In this document: positions 59,746-64,000 of the stretch, piece by piece | Layout of the letters: every line of letters starts with the position of its first letter | How positions within the stretch are numbered: the first letter of the stretch is position 1 | Origin: an uncultured Thermoleophilia bacterium | GTDB taxonomy: Bacteria; Actinomycetota; Thermoleophilia; UBA2241 | Assembly (NCBI GenBank): GCA_963715985.1 | Contig: CAVQSP010000021.1 | Location: forward strand, 1 to 64,000 | Direction: 5' to 3' | DNA length: 64,000 bases | Program-made: the position numbers and the translations under genes | The notes under the pieces: model-generated | Seen by the model: only the letters and a program-made list of their open reading frames with translations | Told to the model about the DNA's origin: nothing | The model's database searches: none

Positions 59746-61890
59746 TCAGAAGACGTGCGACTCGGTCCGACCCGACGATGGCGTGCTGGAACCATCAAAC
59801 TGACGGTTGAGCGCGACCGCCGGCGCCTCAGCTTCTGCCGGCGCCTCCCACAGCGAGCGCACGCCGGCGCGGATGGACGCTGTGGTGACGCGGCCGAGCG
59901 GGCCCTCGTCGGCCTCCGTCTGCTCGGGCCCGGTCTGCACCTGCTCGAAGTGCGCGAGCACCGCGGGCGTGAGAAAGCGCGAGCGCTGCGCGTACCCGTG
60001 CGTGTCGGCCTTGGCCCAGGGCTGCGTGTAGTAGCGCAGCGGGTGCGTGACGTAGAGCTGCTCGCGGGCGCGCGTGCAGGCCACGTAGAAGAGGCGGCGC
60101 TCCTCCTCGATCTCGGCGACGCTGCCGGTGGCCATGTCCGACGGGATGTTGCCGTCGGCGGCGTGGATGACGTAGACGACGTCGAACTCCAGGCCCTTGG
60201 CCGAGTGCATGGTGCTGAGGATGAGGTAGTCCTCGTCGAGGAGCGGCGGGCCGGCGAGCTCCTGCGTGTACGAGGGCGGGTCGAGGACCAGCTCGGCGAG
60301 GAACTCGGAGCGCGTGCGGGAGCGGGCCGCGAGCGCCTCGATCTGCTCGAGGTCGCGCAGGCGCGCCTGCACGTTGTCGTAGCGGCGCTCGAGCAGCGGC
60401 CCGTAGACGCTGCGCACGGCGTGGACCTGGGCCGGCACCTCGGCGGGGCCGGCGGCCGTGAGGGTGGCGAAGAGCTCGACGACGGCCGGCCACACCGCCC
60501 GGGCGGGCTCGGGCACGCGGGCGCCCGCCCATGCCGCCTGGAAGTCGCCGCCGGCGGCGCCGAGCGCTTCGGCCAGCGCCGCCGCCGTCTTGGGCCCGAT
60601 GCCGGGCACCAGGCCGAGCACGCGCAGGCCGGCCATGGCGTCGCGCGGGTTCTCGGCCAGGCGCAGGAAGGAGACGAGGTCCTTGACGTGCGCCATCTCG
60701 ACGAAGCGCAGCCCGCCGTACTTGTGGAAGGGGATGTTGCGGCGGGAGAGCTCCATCTCCAGCGACATGGAGTGGTGCTGGGCGCGGAACAGCACGGCCT
60801 GCTTCTTGAGCTCCGTGCCCTGCTCGCGGTGCTCGAGGATGCGCTCGCAGAGCCACTGCGTCTGCTCGTCCTCGTCACGGCAGGTGGCCAGCAGCGGGCG
60901 GCCGCCGTCCTTGCGCTCGGTCCAGAGCTCCTTGTCGCGGCGCTCCGCGGCCTCTGCGATGACGGCGTTGGTGGCCGCGACGATGGCGTCGGTGGAGCGG
61001 TAGTTGCGCGTGAGCGTGCGCACCTCGGCGCCGGGGAAGCGCTGCTCGAAGTCGAGGATGTTGCGCACCGTGGCGGCGCGGAACCCGTAGATGGCCTGGG
61101 CGTCGTCGCCGACGCAGGTGACGCCCGTGCCGTCCGGGCGCAGCAGCGAGACGATGTCGGCCTGCAGGGCGTTGGTGTCCTGGAACTCGTCGACCAGCAC
61201 GTGGTCGAAGCGCTCGCGCACGCGGGCGCCGCCGGCCGGGTCGGCGAGCAGGCCGCGCCAGAAGAGCAGCAGGTCGTCGTAGTCGAGCACCTGCTGCTCC
61301 TCCTTGGCGTCCGTGTAGCGGGCGAAGAGCTGCGCCAGGCCCTCTTCGGCCGGCAGGCACCAGGGGAAGGCCGTGTGCAGCACCTCGTTGAGCGGCAGCT
61401 GAGCGTTGACGCAGCGCGAGTACACGTCCAGGCAGGTGGACTTCTGCGGGAAGCGGTCGCCGCCGCGGCCGAGGCCGAGGGCGGTGCGGGCGACGTGCAT
61501 GAGATCCTCCGCGTCGCCTCTGTCCACGATCGTGAAGTCCGGCTCCATGCCGATGTCGCGGGCGTGGATGCGGAGCAGGCGGGCGGCGATGGCGTGGAAG
61601 GTGCCGCCCCACACGCGGTCCGAGGCGCCGCCGCGGGCCGCGCCGGCGCCGTTACCGCCGGTCGTTCGCTCCGCCAGCACCGCCTCCACGCGGCGCAGCA
61701 TCTCCGCGGACGCGCGGCGCGTGAACGTAAGGAGCAGGATGCGCCGCGGGTCGGCGCCGCGCTCGATGAGGTACGCCACGCGGTGCACCAGCGTGGCCGT
61801 CTTGCCGGTGCCGGCGCCGGCGACGATGAGCAACGGCCCGTCGCCGTGCTGCGCCGCGGCGAGCTGCTCGGGGTTGAGCTCCTGAAGCAT
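59746..61890 (-). CDS. uvrD: UvrD/PcrA-family SF1 DNA helicase
   Basis: LNPEQ, AGAGTGKT, DEFQD, GDDAQAIYGFR, NYRST, TMHSAKGLEF, EERRLFYVACTRA. Confidence 0.92.
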   Translation of the reverse strand: MLQELNPEQLAAAQHGDGPLLIVAGAGTGKTATLVHRVAYLIERGADPRRILLLTFTRRASAEMLRRVEAVLAERTTGGNGAGAARGGASDRVWGGTFHAIAARLLRIHARDIGMEPDFTIVDRGDAEDLMHVARTALGLGRGGDRFPQKSTCLDVYSRCVNAQLPLNEVLHTAFPWCLPAEEGLAQLFARYTDAKEEQQVLDYDDLLLFWRGLLADPAGGARVRERFDHVLVDEFQDTNALQADIVSLLRPDGTGVTCVGDDAQAIYGFRAATVRNILDFEQRFPGAEVRTLTRNYRSTDAIVAATNAVIAEAAERRDKELWTERKDGGRPLLATCRDEDEQTQWLCERILEHREQGTELKKQAVLFRAQHHSMSLEMELSRRNIPFHKYGGLRFVEMAHVKDLVSFLRLAENPRDAMAGLRVLGLVPGIGPKTAAALAEALGAAGGDFQAAWAGARVPEPARAVWPAVVELFATLTAAGPAEVPAQVHAVRSVYGPLLERRYDNVQARLRDLEQIEALAARSRTRSEFLAELVLDPPSYTQELAGPPLLDEDYLILSTMHSAKGLEFDVVYVIHAADGNIPSDMATGSVAEIEEERRLFYVACTRAREQLYVTHPLRYYTQPWAKADTHGYAQRSRFLTPAVLAHFEQVQTGPEQTEADEGPLGRVTTASIRAGVRSLWEAPAEAEAPAVALNRQFDGSSTPSSGRTESHVF
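60001..60070. repeat. 70-bp direct repeat, copy 2 (within uvrD)
   Basis: 67/70 identical to 59397-59466. Confidence 0.92.
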
Positions 61891-61944
61891 GACGCTGTCC
61901 TCCTCTGGACGGTGCCCGCAGGCTAGCACGTCCGGGGGACGGAA

Positions 61945-61960
61945 ACGAACGCACGTTCGT
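61945..61960. promoter_or_regulatory. LexA (SOS) box
   Basis: aCGAAC-GCAC-GTTCGt, about 55 bp upstream of the uvrD start. Confidence 0.8.
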
Positions 61961-62241
61961 GCCGTCCGGCCGTCCGAGCCGGACCGGCGGCGCGCGCCGC
62001 CTCATGAATCCAGCCCGTGGCGACCCAGGAGGCCACGTATTCTGCGTCTCTGCCGGGCAGTCGGACGCCCCGGGTCGCGCACCGCCCAGGTGCCCTCCAG
62101 ACCGCCTTCGCGCGCGACCAGGCTGATCCGGCTCCATCAAGGTCAGGCACCCCCGGTCCACTTGTTCGGCCACGCCGAGGGCCGGCTCTCCGGAATGCAA
62201 GGCTGGCCTGACCGGACCGGGCCCGCTCTGCAACGCAGACA

Positions 62242-62277
62242 GTTTACAAGATATGCTTTAAAGTGTATCTTGTGAAC
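62242..62277 (+). promoter_or_regulatory. AT-rich palindromic operator overlapping a leaderless promoter
   Basis: gtttacaagatatgcttt|aaagtgtatcttgtgaac; TTTACA-N17-TATCTT then ATG 6 nt later. Confidence 0.7.
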
Positions 62278-62892
62278 ATGAACGCGGACGCGACACCAGA
62301 GACCGGCCGTCCGCGCAGCGTCGAACTGCGGGACGCGCGCGCGCTGCGCGCGCTCGCGCACCCAACGCGCCTCAAGCTCGTCGGCCTGCTGCGCCTGCAG
62401 GGGCCGCTGACCGCTACGCAGGCGGCCCGCGAGCTGGATGAGACGCCGCAGCGCTGCACGTTCCACCTCGGGCAGCTCGCCAAGTACGGGCTCGTCGAGG
62501 AGGCCGGGGGAGGCCGCGGGCGCGAACGCCCGTGGCGCGCCACGGCCTTCTTCACGAGCTGGCCCAACGTCATGACCGAGCAGGAGGCCGGGGCCGCCGG
62601 TCAGCTGCTCGAGGCGGTCGTGGCAGAGCTGCACTTCGAGGCCGTCATGGGCTGGATCGAGCGCAAGGACGAGGAGGCGCCGGAGTGGCAGGAGGCCGCG
62701 CAGCTGAACGACGTGGCGCTCTATCTTACCGCCGGCGAGCTGGAGGAGCTGGGTCGCGACATCTGGAGCCTGTTCGAGCGGTACCTCGCGCGCGGCGAGC
62801 GCGCCGGCCTGCGACCTGAGGGCGCTCGCCCGGTCACCATCCTGAACCTGGCCTTCCCGCGGCAGAAGCCGAAGGAGGAGGCTGGCGGCTGA
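62278..62892 (+). CDS. ArsR-like winged-helix regulator
   Basis: LRALAHPTRL, TATQAA, FHLGQLAKYGLVEE, RERPWRA. Confidence 0.88.
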   Translation: MNADATPETGRPRSVELRDARALRALAHPTRLKLVGLLRLQGPLTATQAARELDETPQRCTFHLGQLAKYGLVEEAGGGRGRERPWRATAFFTSWPNVMTEQEAGAAGQLLEAVVAELHFEAVMGWIERKDEEAPEWQEAAQLNDVALYLTAGELEELGRDIWSLFERYLARGERAGLRPEGARPVTILNLAFPRQKPKEEAGG

Positions 62893-62921
62893 CGGCACGC
62901 CGTCTCCGGCCCGTTCGCACC

Positions 62922-64000
62922 ATGAAGGCGCTCTCCCGTCTCACCCCCGCGCTCCTCCGCGCGCACCCGCAGTTCCGCCGCTTCTTGACGGGGCAGACCG
63001 TGTCGCTGATCGGCGACCAGGTGACGTTCATCGCGCTGCCGCTGGTCGCCGTGCTCGTGCTGGACGCGAGCGCCGCGCAGATGGGCTATCTGACTGCCGC
63101 GGCGCTCATCCCCAACCTGCTGTTCTCGCTGCACGCCGGGGCGCTTGTGGACCGCCGTGGCCACCGCCGGCAGCTGATGATCCTGGCCGATGTGGGACGA
63201 GGCCTGCTGCTAGCGCTGGTCCCGCTCACCGCGGCCGTCGGCCTGCTGTCGCTCCCTGTGCTGTACGCCATCGCGTTCCTCACGGGGAGCCTGAGCGTGC
63301 TCTTCATGGTCTCGTACAGTGCACTGTTCGTGGCGCTTGTGCCCAGAGACGACTACGTGAGCGCACAGTCGCTCCTCAACGGTAGCCGCGCTGTAGCGAG
63401 CGTGCTGGGGCCGAGCCTCGGGGGCATGCTCGTGCAGGCGCTCACGGCGCCGCTGGCTATCGCCGTGGACGCCGTGTCCTACGCCGTCTCGGCGGCGTAC
63501 CTGCTGCAGGTCAAGGTCGTCGAGCCGCCGTGCGAGGAGGAGCGCCGCGGCCTGCTGCTGAGCGGCGCGCGCTTCATCGCCTCGTCGCCGATCGTCCGTT
63601 CGGCTCTGTGCGCCACGGCCACGCTCAACTTCTTCGACTACGCGTTCCTGGCGCTGTTCGTCCTCTACGCCACGCGCTCCCTGGGGGTCGCCCCCGGAAC
63701 GCTCGGCGTGGTGCTGGGGGCCGGCGCCGTGGGCGCGGTGATCGGCGCCGCCGTCACGGGCCGGGTCGTGCGACGCATCGGCGTCGGCCGGGTCTTCGTG
63801 TGGGGCTGCGTGCTGTTCCCGGTGTCACTGCTCCTGGTCCCGCTCGCCGGCGGCCCGCGCTCTCTCGTGCTGTTCTGCCTGCTGGGTGCGGAGTTCGGCG
63901 CCGGGCTGGGTGTGGTGATGCTGGACATCAGCATCGGTGCGATCTTCGCGGCCGCGATCCCCGACCGGTTCCGCTCACGCGTCTCCGGCGCCTACATGGT
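62922..64000 (+). CDS. MFS transporter (EntS/MFS_3-like), runs off the window
   Basis: My translation: FRRFLTGQTVSLIGDQVTFIALPLVA...HAGALVDRRGHRR; no stop noticed before the window end. Confidence 0.88.
   Translation, partial: MKALSRLTPALLRAHPQFRRFLTGQTVSLIGDQVTFIALPLVAVLVLDASAAQMGYLTAAALIPNLLFSLHAGALVDRRGHRRQLMILADVGRGLLLALVPLTAAVGLLSLPVLYAIAFLTGSLSVLFMVSYSALFVALVPRDDYVSAQSLLNGSRAVASVLGPSLGGMLVQALTAPLAIAVDAVSYAVSAAYLLQVKVVEPPCEEERRGLLLSGARFIASSPIVRSALCATATLNFFDYAFLALFVLYATRSLGVAPGTLGVVLGAGAVGAVIGAAVTGRVVRRIGVGRVFVWGCVLFPVSLLLVPLAGGPRSLVLFCLLGAEFGAGLGVVMLDISIGAIFAAAIPDRFRSRVSGAYM

Noticed and set aside
59397-60070. Diversity-generating retroelement TR/VR pair
   Set aside because: Only 3 mismatches, one not at adenine on the coding strand, and no reverse transcriptase in the window

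Overview
Very GC-rich (roughly 70%+ by eye) bacterial chromosome segment. Gene content and regulatory motifs (Gram-positive/actinobacterial LexA box, Mycobacterium-PhoP-type direct repeats, MMPL, GT39) point to Actinomycetota. A Thermoleophilia/Coriobacteriia-like lineage is plausible but is inference. About 55 genes are densely packed; no rRNA, tRNA, CRISPR array, integrase or transposase was seen. More than a dozen genes are split by single-base frameshifts, most likely long-read indel errors, so several coordinates are reconstructed. Recognisable content: DUF1638/COG0523 GTPase operon, nitroreductases, MFS/MMPL/APC transporters, adenine/adenosine deaminase, a hybrid kinase-Hpt to REC-GGDEF phosphorelay, three further two-component systems, a GT2-GtrA/GT39 glycosylation locus, agmatine deiminase, cyanophycin synthetase/cyanophycinase, acetolactate decarboxylase and a LexA-boxed UvrD/PcrA helicase. 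The best candidate for an undescribed system is a four-gene operon (47969-51189): 2x[4Fe-4S] ferredoxin, NAD(P)H/FAD oxidoreductase, four-His membrane cytochrome b-like protein and a membrane-anchored 12-heme cytochrome c, which looks like a self-contained trans-membrane electron conduit. Other leads: a DUF4405 protein paired with a Cys-tailed exported protein, an orphan Thoeris-ThsB-like TIR lacking its catalytic Glu, an exported AGT(E/Q)GRGG-repeat protein, and a nucleotidyltransferase gene fused to a 70-bp duplicate of the helicase 3' region. All family assignments are by motif recognition; no database searches were run.
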